Counted from the first letter of the stretch, positions 1 to 11,237 are shown. The stretch: 64,000 nt of DNA from an uncultured Chloroflexia bacterium (GCA_963849495.1 CAWKHN010000022.1:37576-101575), one strand, 5' to 3'. The notes: generated by a model from the letters alone, not told the origin. Made by a program: numbers and translations.

Positions 1-666
1 GGTGGCGGCGAGAAGACGCACTACCGCCGGATCGACTTCAAGCGCGACAAGCCCGGCGTGCCGGCGCGCCTCGCGACGATCGAGTACGACCCGAACCGGT
101 CGGCCCGCATCGGCCTCCTCCACTACCGGGACGGCGAGAAGCGCTACATGCTGCTTCCCAACGGCCTCAAGGTGGGCGATGTCGTCGTGTCGGGTCCCGA
201 CGCCGAGGCCCGTCTCGGCAATGCGCTGCCGATCGCGAAGATCCCGCTCGGGACCACGATCCACAACATCGAGCTGATCCCCGGCAAGGGTGGCCAGATC
301 GTCCGGTCCGCCGGCGTCGCGGCCCAGCTGCTGGCCAAGGAGGGCGAGCTCGCGCAGGTGCGCCTCCCCTCGGGCGAGGTCCGGCGGGTCCCCATCCGGT
401 GCATGGCGACGATCGGCCAGGTCTCGAACGTCGATCACGAGAACCAGAGCCTCGGCAAGGCCGGTCGCGCCCGCCACATGGGGCTGCGACCGGAGGTCCG
501 GGGCGTCGCGATGACCCCGCGGGATCACCCGCACGGCGGTGGCGAGGGCAAGAGCCCGACCGGCATGCCGCCCAAGACCCCGTGGGGCAAGCCGGCGATG
601 GGCTATCGGACCCGGCGCGCGAAGACGACCGGCCGGCTGATCGTCCGCAGCCGGCACCGAAAGTAA
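1..666 (+). CDS. rplB: 50S ribosomal protein L2 (5' partial; continues upstream of window)
   Basis: Frame 1 is open from nt 1 ([20 protein letters not shown]...) into ORF 58..666. C-terminal L2 hallmarks [13 protein letters not shown] and [10 protein letters not shown] are present. It is followed by rpsS in canonical S10-operon order. Confidence 0.93.
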   Translation, partial: GGGEKTHYRRIDFKRDKPGVPARLATIEYDPNRSARIGLLHYRDGEKRYMLLPNGLKVGDVVVSGPDAEARLGNALPIAKIPLGTTIHNIELIPGKGGQIVRSAGVAAQLLAKEGELAQVRLPSGEVRRVPIRCMATIGQVSNVDHENQSLGKAGRARHMGLRPEVRGVAMTPRDHPHGGGEGKSPTGMPPKTPWGKPAMGYRTRRAKTTGRLIVRSRHRK

Positions 667-682
667 CGAGAGGAGCTAGAGC

Positions 683-967
683 ATGTCGCGATCGGTCAAG
701 AAAGGGCCGTTCGTCCAGCCCCGGCTTCTCGGCCGGGTGCAGGAGATGAACAAGAGGAGCGAGCGCAAGGTCCTCAAGACCTGGTCGCGCGCCTCCGTGA
801 TCTTCCCGGACTTCATCGGGCACACGATTGCCGTCTACAACGGCAGGAAGCACGTGCCGGTGTACGTCACCGAGAACATGGTCGGCCACCGCCTCGGCGA
901 GTTTGCCCCCACCCGCACCTATCGCGGGCACGGCAAGAGCGCCGACCGGTCCGCCGGTCTGCGGTAG
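683..967 (+). CDS. rpsS: 30S ribosomal protein S19
   Basis: 94 aa with [11 protein letters not shown] start and the [26 protein letters not shown] motif. Position between rplB and rplV. Confidence 0.95.
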   Translation: MSRSVKKGPFVQPRLLGRVQEMNKRSERKVLKTWSRASVIFPDFIGHTIAVYNGRKHVPVYVTENMVGHRLGEFAPTRTYRGHGKSADRSAGLR

Positions 968-979
968 AGGAGCGATAGC

Positions 980-1318
980 GTGCGCGTCTCTGCCACTGCC
1001 AAGTACCTGCGGGGCTCCACCCGGAAGGCCCGCCTCATCACCGAGGCGATCAAGGGCCGGCCGGTGGAGGAGGCCGCCGCGCTCCTGCGGTTCATGCCGC
1101 AGGCGGCCGCGCGCGACGTCGCGCGCGTGCTGAAGAGCGCGACGGCGAACGCCGAGAACAACCTGAACCGATCGGCCGATGAGCTGTTCATCGCCGATGC
1201 GGTCGCAAACGAGGGGCCGACGATCAAGCGCTGGCGGCCACGGGCCCAGGGTCGGGCATTCCCGATCCACAAGCCCATGACGCACATCACGATCGTCGTC
1301 GCCGACCGGGAGGCCTAG
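980..1318 (+). CDS. rplV: 50S ribosomal protein L22
   Basis: 112 aa, with L22-like start [22 protein letters not shown]. Sits between S19 and S3. Confidence 0.92.
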   Translation: MRVSATAKYLRGSTRKARLITEAIKGRPVEEAAALLRFMPQAAARDVARVLKSATANAENNLNRSADELFIADAVANEGPTIKRWRPRAQGRAFPIHKPMTHITIVVADREA

Positions 1319-1320
1319 GC

Positions 1321-2004
1321 ATGGGACACAAGGTCCATCCGTACGGCTACCGCCTGGGCTACACCCGAACGTGGACCGCCAAGTGGTACGCCGACAAGGA
1401 GTACACGACCCTCCTCAAGGAGGACATCGCGATCCGGCAGCTGCTGGACCGGCGGCTCGCGAACGCCAGCGTGAGCGGGGTGGAGATCGAGCGGGGCATC
1501 AACCACGTCACGGTCTCGATCCACACCGCGAAGCCGGGCATCGTCATCGGCCGCGGCGGACAGAACGTCGAGATCCTGCGCAAGGAGATCGGCGAGCTGG
1601 CCCGGCGCAAGGTCAAGCTCGAGATCAAGGAGATCCGTCAGCCGGAGCTCGACGCGCACCTCGTGGCGCTCAACATCGCGCAGCAGCTGACCCGCCGCGT
1701 CGCCTACAAGAAGGCGATGAAGCAGTCCGTGCAGCGGTCGATGAAGGCCGGCGCGAAGGGCGTGAAGATCGCGCTCGCCGGCCGCCTCGGCGGCTCGGAG
1801 ATGGGCCGGCGCGAGTGGGACCGCGAGGGTCGCATCCCGCTCGGCACCCTGCGCGCGGACATCAGCTACGGCCAGGTGCATGCGCACACGACGTACGGCC
1901 GGATCGGCGTGAAGGTCTGGATCTACAAGGGCGACATCCCGGTCGAGAACCGGCGCCGTGAGGCTGCCGCCAGCGTCGCGGCCGCCGCCGGGCAGGGGGT
2001 GTGA
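1321..2004 (+). CDS. rpsC: 30S ribosomal protein S3
   Basis: 227 aa with [13 protein letters not shown] start and the KH domain segment [12 protein letters not shown]. Confidence 0.95.
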   Translation: MGHKVHPYGYRLGYTRTWTAKWYADKEYTTLLKEDIAIRQLLDRRLANASVSGVEIERGINHVTVSIHTAKPGIVIGRGGQNVEILRKEIGELARRKVKLEIKEIRQPELDAHLVALNIAQQLTRRVAYKKAMKQSVQRSMKAGAKGVKIALAGRLGGSEMGRREWDREGRIPLGTLRADISYGQVHAHTTYGRIGVKVWIYKGDIPVENRRREAAASVAAAAGQGV

Positions 2005-2008
2005 CGCC

Positions 2009-2446
2009 ATGCTGATGCCGAAACGCGTCAAGCACCGGAAGGTGATGCGCGGTCGCATGTCGGGGATGGCCAAGGGTGGCCACAGCGTCGCCTTCGGCGA
2101 GTACGGGCTGGCGACGCTCGAGCCGGCCTGGATCACGGCCCGGCAGATCGAGGCCGCCCGGCGCGCGATGACCCGCTCGGTCAAGCGAGGCGGGAAGATC
2201 TGGATCCGCGTGTTCCCGGACAAGCCGGCGACCAAGAAGCCCGCCGAGACCCGGATGGGCTCCGGCAAGGGTGCGCCGGACCACTGGGTGGCCGTCGTGC
2301 GACCCGGTCGGATCCTGTTCGAGATGGCGGGCGTGGAGCGCGAGGCGGCCGTGGAGGCCATGCGGCTTGCGTCGCACAAGCTCCCGGTCGCGACGCATGT
2401 CGTGACCCGCGACACCGCGAAGGAGGTCACCGATGGAGATCGGTGA
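2009..2446 (+). CDS. rplP: 50S ribosomal protein L16
   Basis: Internal ATG at 2009 gives [19 protein letters not shown], the canonical L16 start. The track ORF 1958.. is an upstream extension overlapping rpsC. Confidence 0.92.
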   Translation: MLMPKRVKHRKVMRGRMSGMAKGGHSVAFGEYGLATLEPAWITARQIEAARRAMTRSVKRGGKIWIRVFPDKPATKKPAETRMGSGKGAPDHWVAVVRPGRILFEMAGVEREAAVEAMRLASHKLPVATHVVTRDTAKEVTDGDR

Positions 2447-2639
2447 GGTCCGCAAGCTCACGGACGTCGAGCTCGACGACCGGCTGCGGGAGGCCAAGCA
2501 GGACCTCTGGCAGGCCCGGTTCGCCCTCTCGACGCGCCAGTTGAAGGATTACAGCCAGATCCCGGCGACGCGACGGACGATCGCCCGGATCCTCACCGTC
2601 AAGCGCGAGCGGGCGACCACTCGCAGCATGGCGGAGTAG
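2433..2639 (+). CDS. rpmC: 50S ribosomal protein L29
   Basis: 68 aa with [22 protein letters not shown]. Position after L16. Confidence 0.9.
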   Translation: MEIGEVRKLTDVELDDRLREAKQDLWQARFALSTRQLKDYSQIPATRRTIARILTVKRERATTRSMAE

Positions 2640-2649
2640 GAGCGTCGGG

Positions 2650-3051
2650 ATGACCACCGCAGGAGCCACAACCCCCGTGCAGGGACAGCGGAAGACCAAG
2701 ACCGGCCGCGTTGTCAGCGACAAGATGGACAAGACGATCGTCGTGTCCGTCGAGCGCCTGACGCGCCACCGGCTCTACAAGCGCGTCATGAAGGCCACGA
2801 CCAAGTTCGCGGCCCACGACGAGCTCAACGAGGCGAAGGTGGGCGACACCGTCCTGATCGAGGAATCGCGCCCGCTGTCCGCCACCAAGCGATGGCGCCT
2901 CGTGTCCGTCCTCTCCCGGACGGGCGAGGAGCGGGCCGGCGAGTCCGTGATGGCCGACGAGGCCGCGACGGACGAGGCGATCCACGGGTCGGCCCACCCC
3001 GGCAGGCATGCCGAGGGTGACGATGCGCCCTCCGGGGAGGGAGCAGCGTGA
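2650..3051 (+). CDS. rpsQ: 30S ribosomal protein S17 (with acidic/low-complexity C-terminal extension)
   Basis: Core [67 protein letters not shown] is S17-like. About 45 extra C-terminal residues. Stop overlaps the rplN start. Confidence 0.88.
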   Translation: MTTAGATTPVQGQRKTKTGRVVSDKMDKTIVVSVERLTRHRLYKRVMKATTKFAAHDELNEAKVGDTVLIEESRPLSATKRWRLVSVLSRTGEERAGESVMADEAATDEAIHGSAHPGRHAEGDDAPSGEGAA

Positions 3052-3416
3052 TCCAGGCCTCGACGCGCCTCCGCGTCGCCGACAACACGGGCGCCCGCAC
3101 GATCGAGTGCATCCGCATCATGGGCCGCTCGCGGAAGACCACGGCCGGCATCGGTGACGTGATCATCGCGAGCGTCAAGAGCGCGATCCCCAACGCGCCC
3201 GTGAAGAAGGGCGACGTCGTGCGGGCCGTGATCGTCCGCACATCCAAGGAGGTCGGCCGTCCGGACGGGAGCTACATCCGGTTCGACGAGAACGCGGCCG
3301 TCCTCATCAACAACCAGGGCAACCCGCGCGGCACCCGGATCTTCGGACCGGTCGCGCGCGAGCTGCGGGATCGGAACTACATGAAGATCGTGTCCCTCGC
3401 GCCGGAGGTGCTGTGA
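3048..3416 (+). CDS. rplN: 50S ribosomal protein L14
   Basis: 122 aa with [17 protein letters not shown]...FGPVARELR. Highly conserved L14. Confidence 0.95.
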   Translation: MIQASTRLRVADNTGARTIECIRIMGRSRKTTAGIGDVIIASVKSAIPNAPVKKGDVVRAVIVRTSKEVGRPDGSYIRFDENAAVLINNQGNPRGTRIFGPVARELRDRNYMKIVSLAPEVL

Positions 3417-3856
3417 TGGCCAAACGGGCAATCGAGCACCGGACCAAGGTGCCCGAGATCCGGAAGGGCGACACCGTGGTGGTGCTGGCCGGCAAGGACG
3501 CCGGCAAGCGCGGCACGGTGGAGCGCGTCGTCCGGATCGACCCCTCGCCGACGCCCCTGCGCTCCGGCTACCGCCGGACGTCGCTCAAGGGCGGGGTGTC
3601 GGTGGTGGTGGAGGGCCTGAACATCGCGCGCAGGCACGTCAAGCCGCACCAGAAGACCCAGGGTGGACCGGGCGCCATGCCGACCATGGACCCGGGCGGA
3701 ATCCTGGATCACGCGATGCCGCTGCCGGTCAGCCGGGTCATGGTGGTGTGCAACCACTGCGACCGGCCGACGCGCATCGGGCACCGCCTGCTCGACAACG
3801 GCTCCCGGGTGCGGATCTGTGGTCATTGCGGCGAGCCGCTGGAGGTGAGGGCGTGA
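3413..3856 (+). CDS. rplX: 50S ribosomal protein L24 (KOW domain plus C-terminal CxxC..CxxC zinc ribbon)
   Basis: KOW motif [20 protein letters not shown]-terminal [33 protein letters not shown]. At 147 aa it is longer than typical L24. Confidence 0.88.
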   Translation: MMAKRAIEHRTKVPEIRKGDTVVVLAGKDAGKRGTVERVVRIDPSPTPLRSGYRRTSLKGGVSVVVEGLNIARRHVKPHQKTQGGPGAMPTMDPGGILDHAMPLPVSRVMVVCNHCDRPTRIGHRLLDNGSRVRICGHCGEPLEVRA

Positions 3857-4395
3857 GCGGGCAGCTGCAGGAGCGATACCGGACGGAGATCATTCCGGCG
3901 CTGAACAAGCAGTTCGGGTACGTCAACCCGATGCAGGTGCCGGGCCTCGACAAGATCGTCCTCAACATCGGCCTGGGCGAGGCGCTCACGAACGCAAAGG
4001 CCGTGGATGCGGCGGTCGGCGACATCCAGCTCATCACGGGCCAGAAGCCGATCGTCACCCGCGCCAAGCGGTCCATCGCCCAGTTCAGGGTCCGGACCGG
4101 CAACACGATCGGCGTGAAGGTCACCCTTCGCGGCGAGCGGATGTGGGACTTCCTCGAGCGCCTCACGCGCATCGCGCTGCCGCGCATCCGCGACTTCCGG
4201 GGCGTCCCGGGGCGGTCGTTCGACGGCCGTGGCAACTACTCGCTCGGTCTCCGGGAGCAGCTCGCCTTCCCCGAGATCGACTACGACAAGGTGGACCGTC
4301 TCCGCGGGCTGGAGATCAGCATCGTGACGACGGCGAAGACCGACGAGGAGTCGAAGCGTCTGCTCGAGCTCCTCGGCATGCCCTTCGCCGGCTAG
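3853..4395 (+). CDS. rplE: 50S ribosomal protein L5
   Basis: GTG at 3853 overlaps the rplX stop (GTGA). [44 protein letters not shown] is the L5 N-terminus. The track ORF starts earlier as a frame extension. Confidence 0.9.
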   Translation: MSGQLQERYRTEIIPALNKQFGYVNPMQVPGLDKIVLNIGLGEALTNAKAVDAAVGDIQLITGQKPIVTRAKRSIAQFRVRTGNTIGVKVTLRGERMWDFLERLTRIALPRIRDFRGVPGRSFDGRGNYSLGLREQLAFPEIDYDKVDRLRGLEISIVTTAKTDEESKRLLELLGMPFAG

Positions 4396-4414
4396 GGCGC
4401 GGGGAGGAGTCCAG

Positions 4415-4600
4415 ATGGCCAAGAAATCCATGATCGCAAAGGCCAAGCGCACGCCGCGCCACGAGGTGCAGGGCTACCACCGCTGCTACGTGTGCGGCAG
4501 GCCTCGTGCCTACATGCGCCGCTTCGCGTTGTGCCGGATCTGCTTCCGCGAGCGAGCGCTCGTCGGCGAGCTGCCCGGCGTCACGAAGTCGAGCTGGTAA
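4415..4600 (+). CDS. rpsZ: 30S ribosomal protein S14 type Z (zinc-binding)
   Basis: 61 aa with [23 protein letters not shown], a Cys4 S14 type Z. Confidence 0.93.
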   Translation: MAKKSMIAKAKRTPRHEVQGYHRCYVCGRPRAYMRRFALCRICFRERALVGELPGVTKSSW

Positions 4601-4604
4601 GAAG

Positions 4605-5003
4605 ATGAACATCTCCGACCCGATCGCGGACATGCTCACGCGAGTCCGCAATGCGTCACGGGCGCGCCATACGGAGGTTCTCGTTCCCGCCTCGCGCACC
4701 AAGCGCGAGATCGCGCGGATCCTCAAGGAGGAAGGCTTCATCGCCGACGTCAGTGAGGAGCGTGCGGGACCGTCCCAACTGCTGCGCCTCGAGCTCAAGT
4801 ACGTCGACGGCAAGGTGCCGGTCGTCTCGGGCCTCAAGCGGATCAGCAAGCCCGGTCTGCGCGTCTACGCGCAGAAGACCGACATCCCGCGGGTCCTCGG
4901 CGGCCTGGGCATCGTCATCGTCAGCACATCGAAGGGGATCATGACCGGCGCGCAGGCCAAGCAGGCCGCGCTGGGTGGCGAGATCCTCGCCTACGTCTGG
5001 TAA
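4605..5003 (+). CDS. rpsH: 30S ribosomal protein S8
   Basis: Internal ATG at 4605 gives [22 protein letters not shown], the canonical S8 start. The track ORF 4506.. is an upstream extension. Confidence 0.93.
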   Translation: MNISDPIADMLTRVRNASRARHTEVLVPASRTKREIARILKEEGFIADVSEERAGPSQLLRLELKYVDGKVPVVSGLKRISKPGLRVYAQKTDIPRVLGGLGIVIVSTSKGIMTGAQAKQAALGGEILAYVW

Positions 5004-5007
5004 CGCG

Positions 5008-5559
5008 ATGTCCAGAATCGGCCGTCTCCCCATCACCGTTCCCGCCGGCGTCGACGTCACGTTCGACGGGCGGATCATCACCGTCAAGGGACCCAAGGGC
5101 TCCCTGACCCGCGAGCTTCCGCCGCGGATCGCGGTCGACCGCGAGGGCGACTCCCTCGTCGTCACCCGGCCCACGGAGACCAAGCTCGACAAGTCCCTGC
5201 ACGGCCTCACGCGGACGCTCGTGAACAACATGGTCGTCGGGGTCACCACCGGGTACCGCAAGGGCCTCGAGATCGTCGGCGTCGGCTACCGCGCGCAGAA
5301 GGTGGGCGAGAAGCTCCAGCTTGCGCTCGGGTACAGCCACCCGGTCGAGATCGATCCCCCGTCCGGCATCAGCTTCGAGGTCGAGACCCCCGTCCGGCTC
5401 GCCGTCGTGGGCATCGACAAGGAGCTGGTCGGCCAGATGGCGGCCAAGATCCGCGCCAGCCGCAAGCCCGAGCCGTACAAGGGCAAGGGCGTCCGGTATG
5501 CCGGTGAGCAGGTTCGCCGCAAGGCCGGCAAGGCCGGCAAGATCGGTGGGAAGAAGTAA
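5008..5559 (+). CDS. rplF: 50S ribosomal protein L6
   Basis: Internal ATG at 5008 gives [17 protein letters not shown]..., the canonical L6 start. Confidence 0.93.
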   Translation: MSRIGRLPITVPAGVDVTFDGRIITVKGPKGSLTRELPPRIAVDREGDSLVVTRPTETKLDKSLHGLTRTLVNNMVVGVTTGYRKGLEIVGVGYRAQKVGEKLQLALGYSHPVEIDPPSGISFEVETPVRLAVVGIDKELVGQMAAKIRASRKPEPYKGKGVRYAGEQVRRKAGKAGKIGGKK

Positions 5560-5561
5560 CG

Positions 5562-5924
5562 ATGACAAAGCTCGCCAGCCGCACCGCGGCGCGAACCAAG
5601 CGCCACGAGCGACTCCGCCTCCGCCTGTCGGGGACGCCCACGCGGCCCCGCCTCGCGATCTTCCGCAGCCTGAACCACATCTACGCCCAGGTCATCGACG
5701 ACACCAGCGGCAGCACGCTGGCGGCCGCCTCCTCGATCGAGGTCGGTCTCCGAGGTGCCGACGGGACGAAGACGGACGACGCCAAGCGCGTCGGCCAGCT
5801 CGTCGCCGAGCGGGCCAAGGCGGCCGGCATCGGCGCGGTGGTGTTCGATCGGGCCGGATTCAAGTACCACGGGCGAGTTCGCTCGCTCGCCGAGGCGGCC
5901 CGCGCGGCCGGCCTCGACTTCTAG
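5562..5924 (+). CDS. rplR: 50S ribosomal protein L18
   Basis: 120 aa with the motif [18 protein letters not shown]. Confidence 0.93.
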   Translation: MTKLASRTAARTKRHERLRLRLSGTPTRPRLAIFRSLNHIYAQVIDDTSGSTLAAASSIEVGLRGADGTKTDDAKRVGQLVAERAKAAGIGAVVFDRAGFKYHGRVRSLAEAARAAGLDF

Positions 5925-5935
5925 AGGACACGCCT

Positions 5936-6475
5936 GTGGCCCGCATCGACCCGAACAAGCTCGCGCTCGAGGAGCGTGTCGTCCAGATCAACCGCGTCGC
6001 CAAGGTCCACAAGGGCGGCCGCCGGTTCTCGTTCTCGGCGGTGATCGTCGTGGGCGACGGCAACGGCCACGTCGGCGTCGGCCTCGGCAAGGCCGGTGAC
6101 GTGCCCGAGTCCATCCGCAAGGGCGTCGAGGACGCGAAGAAGAACATCGTCCGGATCCCGATGGTCGGGACGACGATCCCGCACGAGGTGCGGGTGGAGT
6201 ACGCCGCCGCACGGGTGATGCTCAAGCCGGCCTCCAAGGGCACCGGCGTCATCGCCGGCGGTGCCGTGCGCGCCGTCGTCGAGGCCGCCGGCGTGCGCGA
6301 CATCCTGACCAAGGTCCACGGCTCCACCAACCCCGTGAACGTGACCCGCGCGACGCTCAATGCGCTGAACAGCCTCCGCTCCGTCGAGGAGCTGTCGCGA
6401 CAGCGCGGCGTCCGACTCCGCCTGGTCGTCCCCGGCCAGCCGGCCGCGATGCAGGAGGTCGCCGATGCCCGCTAG
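5936..6475 (+). CDS. rpsE: 30S ribosomal protein S5
   Basis: GTG at 5936 gives [33 protein letters not shown], the S5 dsRBD start. The long track ORF 5321..6475 is a frame extension across rplF/rplR. Confidence 0.92.
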   Translation: MARIDPNKLALEERVVQINRVAKVHKGGRRFSFSAVIVVGDGNGHVGVGLGKAGDVPESIRKGVEDAKKNIVRIPMVGTTIPHEVRVEYAAARVMLKPASKGTGVIAGGAVRAVVEAAGVRDILTKVHGSTNPVNVTRATLNALNSLRSVEELSRQRGVRLRLVVPGQPAAMQEVADAR

Positions 6476-6683
6476 GCTGCGCGTCACGCAGACGAGGAGC
6501 ACGATCAGTCACATCGCCCGCAACCGGGCGACCATCCGCGCGCTGGGTCTGCACGGCATCGGCAGCTCGTCGATCCTGCCGGACAACCCCGCGGTGCGCG
6601 GCATGGTCCGCCAGGTCCGGTTCCTCGTGATCGTCGAGGAGCTTCCCGAGGGCGCCGACACGACGACCCCGGAGAAGAGCTGA
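6465..6683 (+). CDS. rpmD: 50S ribosomal protein L30
   Basis: 72 aa. [25 protein letters not shown] is the L30 fold. Position between S5 and L15. Confidence 0.88.
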   Translation: MPARLRVTQTRSTISHIARNRATIRALGLHGIGSSSILPDNPAVRGMVRQVRFLVIVEELPEGADTTTPEKS

Positions 6684-6684
6684 C

Positions 6685-7224
6685 ATGAAGATCCACGACC
6701 TCCACCCCGCCCCGGGGTCGGTCACCAGGCGGACCCGGGTCGGGCGCGGCATCGCGGCCGGCCAGGGCAAGACCGCGGGCCGCGGGACCAAGGGCCAGAA
6801 GTCGCGCGCCGGCGCCTCGATCCCGGCCTGGTTCGAAGGCGGCCAGACGCCGATCCACGTCCGGCTTCCGAAGCTCCGCGGCTTCCGCAACATCAACGAC
6901 ATCGAGTACGAGGTCGTCAACGTCGGGAAGATCAGCGCCGCCGTCGATGCCGGCAAGCTGCCGGTGGAGAAGGGCGCGCCGGTCACGGTCAACGCCGACA
7001 CCCTCAAGCAGGCCGGGCTCGTCCGTCGCGACCGCCTGCCGCTCAAGGTCCTCGGCAACGGCGATGTCACGACGAAGCTGTTCGTGCTGGCGGACGCCTT
7101 CACGCGGAGCGCCCGCGAGAAGATCGAGGCTGCCGGCGGCACCGCCCAGGTCATCGAGATCCCGAGCACGCCGCTCGCCGCCCTCGGCGTCGAGCCGGTG
7201 GCCGACGCGGAAGGCAACGGCTAG
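6685..7224 (+). CDS. rplO: 50S ribosomal protein L15
   Basis: 179 aa with the L15 motif GRGIAAGQGKTAGRGTKGQKSRAG. Confidence 0.93.
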   Translation: MKIHDLHPAPGSVTRRTRVGRGIAAGQGKTAGRGTKGQKSRAGASIPAWFEGGQTPIHVRLPKLRGFRNINDIEYEVVNVGKISAAVDAGKLPVEKGAPVTVNADTLKQAGLVRRDRLPLKVLGNGDVTTKLFVLADAFTRSAREKIEAAGGTAQVIEIPSTPLAALGVEPVADAEGNG

Positions 7225-7230
7225 CGGCCC

Positions 7231-8508
7231 GTGTTCGAAGCGCTGCTCAACGCATTCCGGGCGCCGGATCTCCGGCGCCGGATCCTGTACGTCGCGGGGA
7301 TCCTGCTGGTCTTCCGGCTCCTGGCCCACGTCCCGGTTCCGGGCGTCGACCCGGCGCAGCTGAAGAACTTCCTCGATACCAACGCGATCTTCGGGCTCCT
7401 CGACCTGTTCTCGGGCGGTGGCCTGACGAACTTCTCGATCGTGGCGCTGGGCGTCAACCCGTACATCAACGCGTCGATCATCATGCAGCTGATGACGGGC
7501 GTCGTCCCCTCGCTCCAGTCGCTCCAGCGCGAGGGTGAGTACGGACGAACCAAGATCAACCAGTACACCCGGTACCTGGCCGTGCCGATGGCGCTGCTCC
7601 AGTCATACGGGTTCCTTGCGCTGCTCAACGCGAACAACGTGCTCAAGACGCCGTTCGACCTCGGCAGCTGGGAGACGCTGACCCAGATCGTGACCCTGAC
7701 CGCCGGGTCCGTGGTGCTGATGTGGCTGGGCGAGCTGATCACCGAGAAGGGGATCGGCAACGGCGTCAGCTTCATCATCTTCGCGGGCATCGTGAGCCGG
7801 TCGCCCGGCGCCCTGACCGGGTTCCTGGACAACCCGGACCTCGCCCAGCTGGTCCTGTTCGGGATCCTCGCCATCGCCGCCGTCGCGGTGATCGTGTACA
7901 TCCAGGAAGGCCAGCGCCGGATCCCCATCCAATACGCGTCACGCGTGCGCGGGCGACGCATGTACCAGGGCGGCCAGACCTTCCTGCCCCTGCGGGTCAA
8001 CCAGGCCGGTGTCATCCCGATCATCTTCGCCGTCAGCATCCTGCTGTTCCCCAGCCAGATCGCCAGCTACTTCACGAGCTCCGGGGGGATCGTCGGCGAC
8101 GTCGCCCAGGGTGTCGTGAACCTGCTGGGACGCGGATCCGGCCTGTATGTCCTGCTGTACTTCCTGCTGACCTTCGGGTTCACCTACTTCTACACGGCGT
8201 TCACGTTCAAGCCGGACGAAACGGCGGAGCAGCTGCGCAAGAACGGCGGCTTCATTCCCGGGATCCGGCCGGGGCGTCCGACGCAGGACTACCTGGCCCG
8301 GGTCGTCACGCGGATCACCGTGGCAGGCGCCCTGTTCCTGGGCATCGTCGCCGCGGCCCCGCCGTTCATCGGCCTCGTCCAGCCCCAGTTCTCCAACCTC
8401 GCGCTGGGCGGTACGGGCATCCTGATCGTGGTCTCCGTCGTGGTCGAGACGATGAAGCAGCTCGAGGCCCAGCTGCTGGTCCGCCAATACGAGGGTTTCA
8501 TCCGGTGA
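7231..8508 (+). CDS. secY: preprotein translocase subunit SecY
   Basis: 425 aa polytopic membrane protein, with MFEALLNAFRAPDLRRRILYV...GVNPYINASIIMQL. Position after rplO. Confidence 0.95.
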   Translation: MFEALLNAFRAPDLRRRILYVAGILLVFRLLAHVPVPGVDPAQLKNFLDTNAIFGLLDLFSGGGLTNFSIVALGVNPYINASIIMQLMTGVVPSLQSLQREGEYGRTKINQYTRYLAVPMALLQSYGFLALLNANNVLKTPFDLGSWETLTQIVTLTAGSVVLMWLGELITEKGIGNGVSFIIFAGIVSRSPGALTGFLDNPDLAQLVLFGILAIAAVAVIVYIQEGQRRIPIQYASRVRGRRMYQGGQTFLPLRVNQAGVIPIIFAVSILLFPSQIASYFTSSGGIVGDVAQGVVNLLGRGSGLYVLLYFLLTFGFTYFYTAFTFKPDETAEQLRKNGGFIPGIRPGRPTQDYLARVVTRITVAGALFLGIVAAAPPFIGLVQPQFSNLALGGTGILIVVSVVVETMKQLEAQLLVRQYEGFIR

Positions 8509-9200
8509 ACGTGGTGGTCCTGCTCGGCGCCCCCGGCGCCGGGAAGGGCACCCAGGCGCCGCTTCTCGCGGCCCGCCTCGGGATTCCCGTCATCGCCACC
8601 GGCGACCTGTTCCGGGCCGCCGTCCGCGACGGCACCCCGCTCGGCCTGGAGGCGCGCCGGTTCATGGATGCCGGCCGGCTCGTGCCGGACGGGATCACCG
8701 TGCGGCTCCTGCTCGACCGCCTCGCGCGCCCCGATGCAGCCGCCGGTGCGATCCTCGACGGCTTTCCCAGGACGGGCGTCCAGGCAACCGCGCTCGAAGA
8801 TGCGCTCGCCAAGCAGGGCGCGGTCGTGCGGGCCGCTGTCCTGGTCGATGTCGCCCCGGAGGAGCTGGTCCACCGGATGTCCGGTCGCTGGATCTGCCGG
8901 GCGGCCGGGCACCCCTACAACGAGACGTCGAGCCCGCCCCGGGTCCCGGGTGTGTGCGATCTCGACGGGTCCGAGCTGTACCAGCGGACCGACGACCGAC
9001 CGGACACGATCCGGGCGCGCCTGGACCAGCAGATCGGCGCCCTGGGCGAGGTTCTCGACCACTACCGGGCCACGGGGGCCCTGCGCGTCGTGGACGGGCT
9101 GCAGCCGGTTGCGGACGTCGCCGCGGCCGTGATGCAGGAGGTCACCGCGTCGGGCGTCGAGCTCCCTGCGACACCGCCCGACGGCTCGGGCGGCCACTGA
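8505..9200 (+). CDS. adk: adenylate kinase
   Basis: GTG overlaps the secY stop. P-loop LLGAPGAGKGTQA. A LID region is present (RWICRAAGHPYNE...CDLDGSELYQRTDD). An alternative GTG lies at 8511. Confidence 0.9.
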   Translation: MNVVVLLGAPGAGKGTQAPLLAARLGIPVIATGDLFRAAVRDGTPLGLEARRFMDAGRLVPDGITVRLLLDRLARPDAAAGAILDGFPRTGVQATALEDALAKQGAVVRAAVLVDVAPEELVHRMSGRWICRAAGHPYNETSSPPRVPGVCDLDGSELYQRTDDRPDTIRARLDQQIGALGEVLDHYRATGALRVVDGLQPVADVAAAVMQEVTASGVELPATPPDGSGGH

Positions 9201-9988
9201 TGATCACGCGCAAGTCGAGATCGGAGATCGACAGGATGCGGTCGGCCGGCCGGATCGTGGCCGAGGTGCTCGCGCTGGTCGAGACCGAGCTCCGGCCGGG
9301 GATGTCCACGGCCGAGCTGGACCGGCTCGCCGATCGCCACATCCGGTCCTCGAACGGCATCCCGTCATTCCTCAACTATCTCGGTGGCCGCCGGTACGAC
9401 GCACGTGACCCGCATGCCTATCCGGCCTCGACATGCATCTCGATCGACGACGAGATCGTGCACGGCATCCCCGGTGACCGCGAGATCCGGGCCGGCCAGA
9501 TCGTGTCCGTGGACGTGGGCGTCATCTACGACGGCTGGCACGGCGATGGTGCCCGCTCGTTCATCTGCGGGGGTGACGACATGGCCACCCCGTCTGCGCG
9601 CGGGCTCGTCCAGGCCACCCGCATGGCGCTGATGGCGGGCATCGCGGCGGCCGTGCCGGGCAATCGGATCGGCGACATCTCGGCCGCGGTCGAGGACGTC
9701 GCGAAGGCGGGCGGCTTCGGGATCATCCGGCAGTACGTCGGCCACGGGATCGGCACCTCGATGCACGAGGATCCGCAGGTCCCGAACTTCCGCTCGCGAT
9801 CGACCGGCATCGAGCTCGCGCCCGGGATCTGCATCGCCATCGAGCCGATGCTCACCCTCGGCACCGAGGCAACCGAGACGCTCGACGACGGTTGGACCGT
9901 TGTCACCGCGGACGGGTCCCTGTCCGCCCACTTCGAGCACACGATCGCTATCACGGCGGCCGGGCCCGAGATCCTGACCAGGGTGTAG
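9200..9988 (+). CDS. map: type I methionine aminopeptidase
   Basis: ATG overlaps the adk stop. MITRKSRSEIDRMRSAG start. Metal-binding segments (DDEIVHGIPGDR, HGIGTSMHEDPQVPN, EPMLTLG). Confidence 0.93.
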   Translation: MITRKSRSEIDRMRSAGRIVAEVLALVETELRPGMSTAELDRLADRHIRSSNGIPSFLNYLGGRRYDARDPHAYPASTCISIDDEIVHGIPGDREIRAGQIVSVDVGVIYDGWHGDGARSFICGGDDMATPSARGLVQATRMALMAGIAAAVPGNRIGDISAAVEDVAKAGGFGIIRQYVGHGIGTSMHEDPQVPNFRSRSTGIELAPGICIAIEPMLTLGTEATETLDDGWTVVTADGSLSAHFEHTIAITAAGPEILTRV

Positions 9989-10087
9989 GCGCCATGTTGT
10001 CGGATCGGTGTGAGTTTGATATCCTCACCGTTCGTGTGTCGGCCCGGCCGGGCCGGCACTCGTGCTGAGAAGGACCAGGGAGCAAGG

Positions 10088-10306
10088 TTGGCGAAGAAGG
10101 ACGCGATCGAAGTCGAAGGGACCGTCATCGAGCCGCTGCCGAACACGATGTTCGCGGTGGAGCTCGAGAACGGCCATCGCGTCCTTGCGCACATCAGCGG
10201 CAAGCTCCGGATGAACTTCATCCGGATCCTGCCCGGAGACCGGGTCCGCGTTGAGCTGTCTCCGTACGACCTCACCCGGGGTCGGATCACGTACCGTTTG
10301 AAGTAA
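10088..10306 (+). CDS. infA: translation initiation factor IF-1
   Basis: TTG/GTG-type start gives [52 protein letters not shown], a 72-aa S1-like IF-1. The track ORF starts upstream in the same frame. Confidence 0.9.
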   Translation: MAKKDAIEVEGTVIEPLPNTMFAVELENGHRVLAHISGKLRMNFIRILPGDRVRVELSPYDLTRGRITYRLK

Positions 10307-10318
10307 TCGAGGAACGCG

Positions 10319-10432
10319 GTGAAGGTCAGAGCGTCAGTCAAGGCGCGGTGTGACAACTGCAAGATCATCCGGCGCCACGGCACCGTGATGGTCATCTGCG
10401 CGAACCCCAAGCACAAGCAGCGGCAGGGCTGA
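10319..10432 (+). CDS. rpmJ: 50S ribosomal protein L36
   Basis: Missing from the ORF track because it is under 60 aa. Manual translation [37 protein letters not shown] (37 aa, zinc ribbon) lies between infA and rpsM. Coordinates are hand-counted and may be off by 1-2 nt. Confidence 0.85.
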   Translation: MKVRASVKARCDNCKIIRRHGTVMVICANPKHKQRQG

Positions 10433-10436
10433 CCCG

Positions 10437-10811
10437 ATGGCACGTATCGCCGGCATCGACATCCCGCGCGAGAAGCGCGTCGAGATCGCTCTCACCTACA
10501 TCTACGGGATCGGGCTGTCCTCCAGCCAGAAGATTCTCAAGCAGACCAGCGTCAATCCGGACACCCGCGTTCGGGATCTCACCGAGGACCAGGTCAACCG
10601 GCTTCGTGAGGTCATCGACCGCACGCACAAGGTCGAAGGCGATCTTCGTCGCGAGGTGGCGCTCAACATCAAGCGCCTCATCGAGATCGGGTCGTACCGC
10701 GGCATGCGGCATCGCCGCAACCTTCCGGTCCGGGGACAGCGCACCAAGACGAACGCCCGCCAGCGCAGGGGGCCGAAGCGAACGGTCGGCGCGCGCAAGA
10801 AGACGAAGTGA
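10437..10811 (+). CDS. rpsM: 30S ribosomal protein S13
   Basis: 124 aa with [26 protein letters not shown]. Confidence 0.95.
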   Translation: MARIAGIDIPREKRVEIALTYIYGIGLSSSQKILKQTSVNPDTRVRDLTEDQVNRLREVIDRTHKVEGDLRREVALNIKRLIEIGSYRGMRHRRNLPVRGQRTKTNARQRRGPKRTVGARKKTK

Positions 10812-10828
10812 CGAGGAACCGCTAAGGC

Positions 10829-11224
10829 ATGGCCGATCGAAAGCGCGCCGTCAAGCAGCGGCGACGGGAGCGGAAGAACGTTCCGCAGGGACACGTCCAC
10901 ATCCAGGCGACCTTCAACAACACGATCGTGACGATCACGGATCAGACCGGGAACGTCATCTCGTGGGGCTCTGCGGGGATCGCCGGGTTCAAGGGCTCCC
11001 GGAAGAGCACGCCGTATGCAGCCGCGCTCGCCGCGGAAGGCGCCGCACGGCGCGCCATGGAGCATGGGATGCGCCATGTCGAGGTCTACGTGAAGGGCCC
11101 GGGTGCCGGCCGCGAGCAGGCCATCCGATCGCTTCAGGCCGCCGGCCTCGAGGTGAGCGCCATCACCGACGTCACGCCCATCCCTCACAACGGATGCCGC
11201 CCGCCCAAGCGGCGCCGCGTCTGA
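10829..11224 (+). CDS. rpsK: 30S ribosomal protein S11
   Basis: 131 aa with [27 protein letters not shown]. Confidence 0.95.
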   Translation: MADRKRAVKQRRRERKNVPQGHVHIQATFNNTIVTITDQTGNVISWGSAGIAGFKGSRKSTPYAAALAAEGAARRAMEHGMRHVEVYVKGPGAGREQAIRSLQAAGLEVSAITDVTPIPHNGCRPPKRRRV

Positions 11225-11237
11225 GCACCGAGAGACC

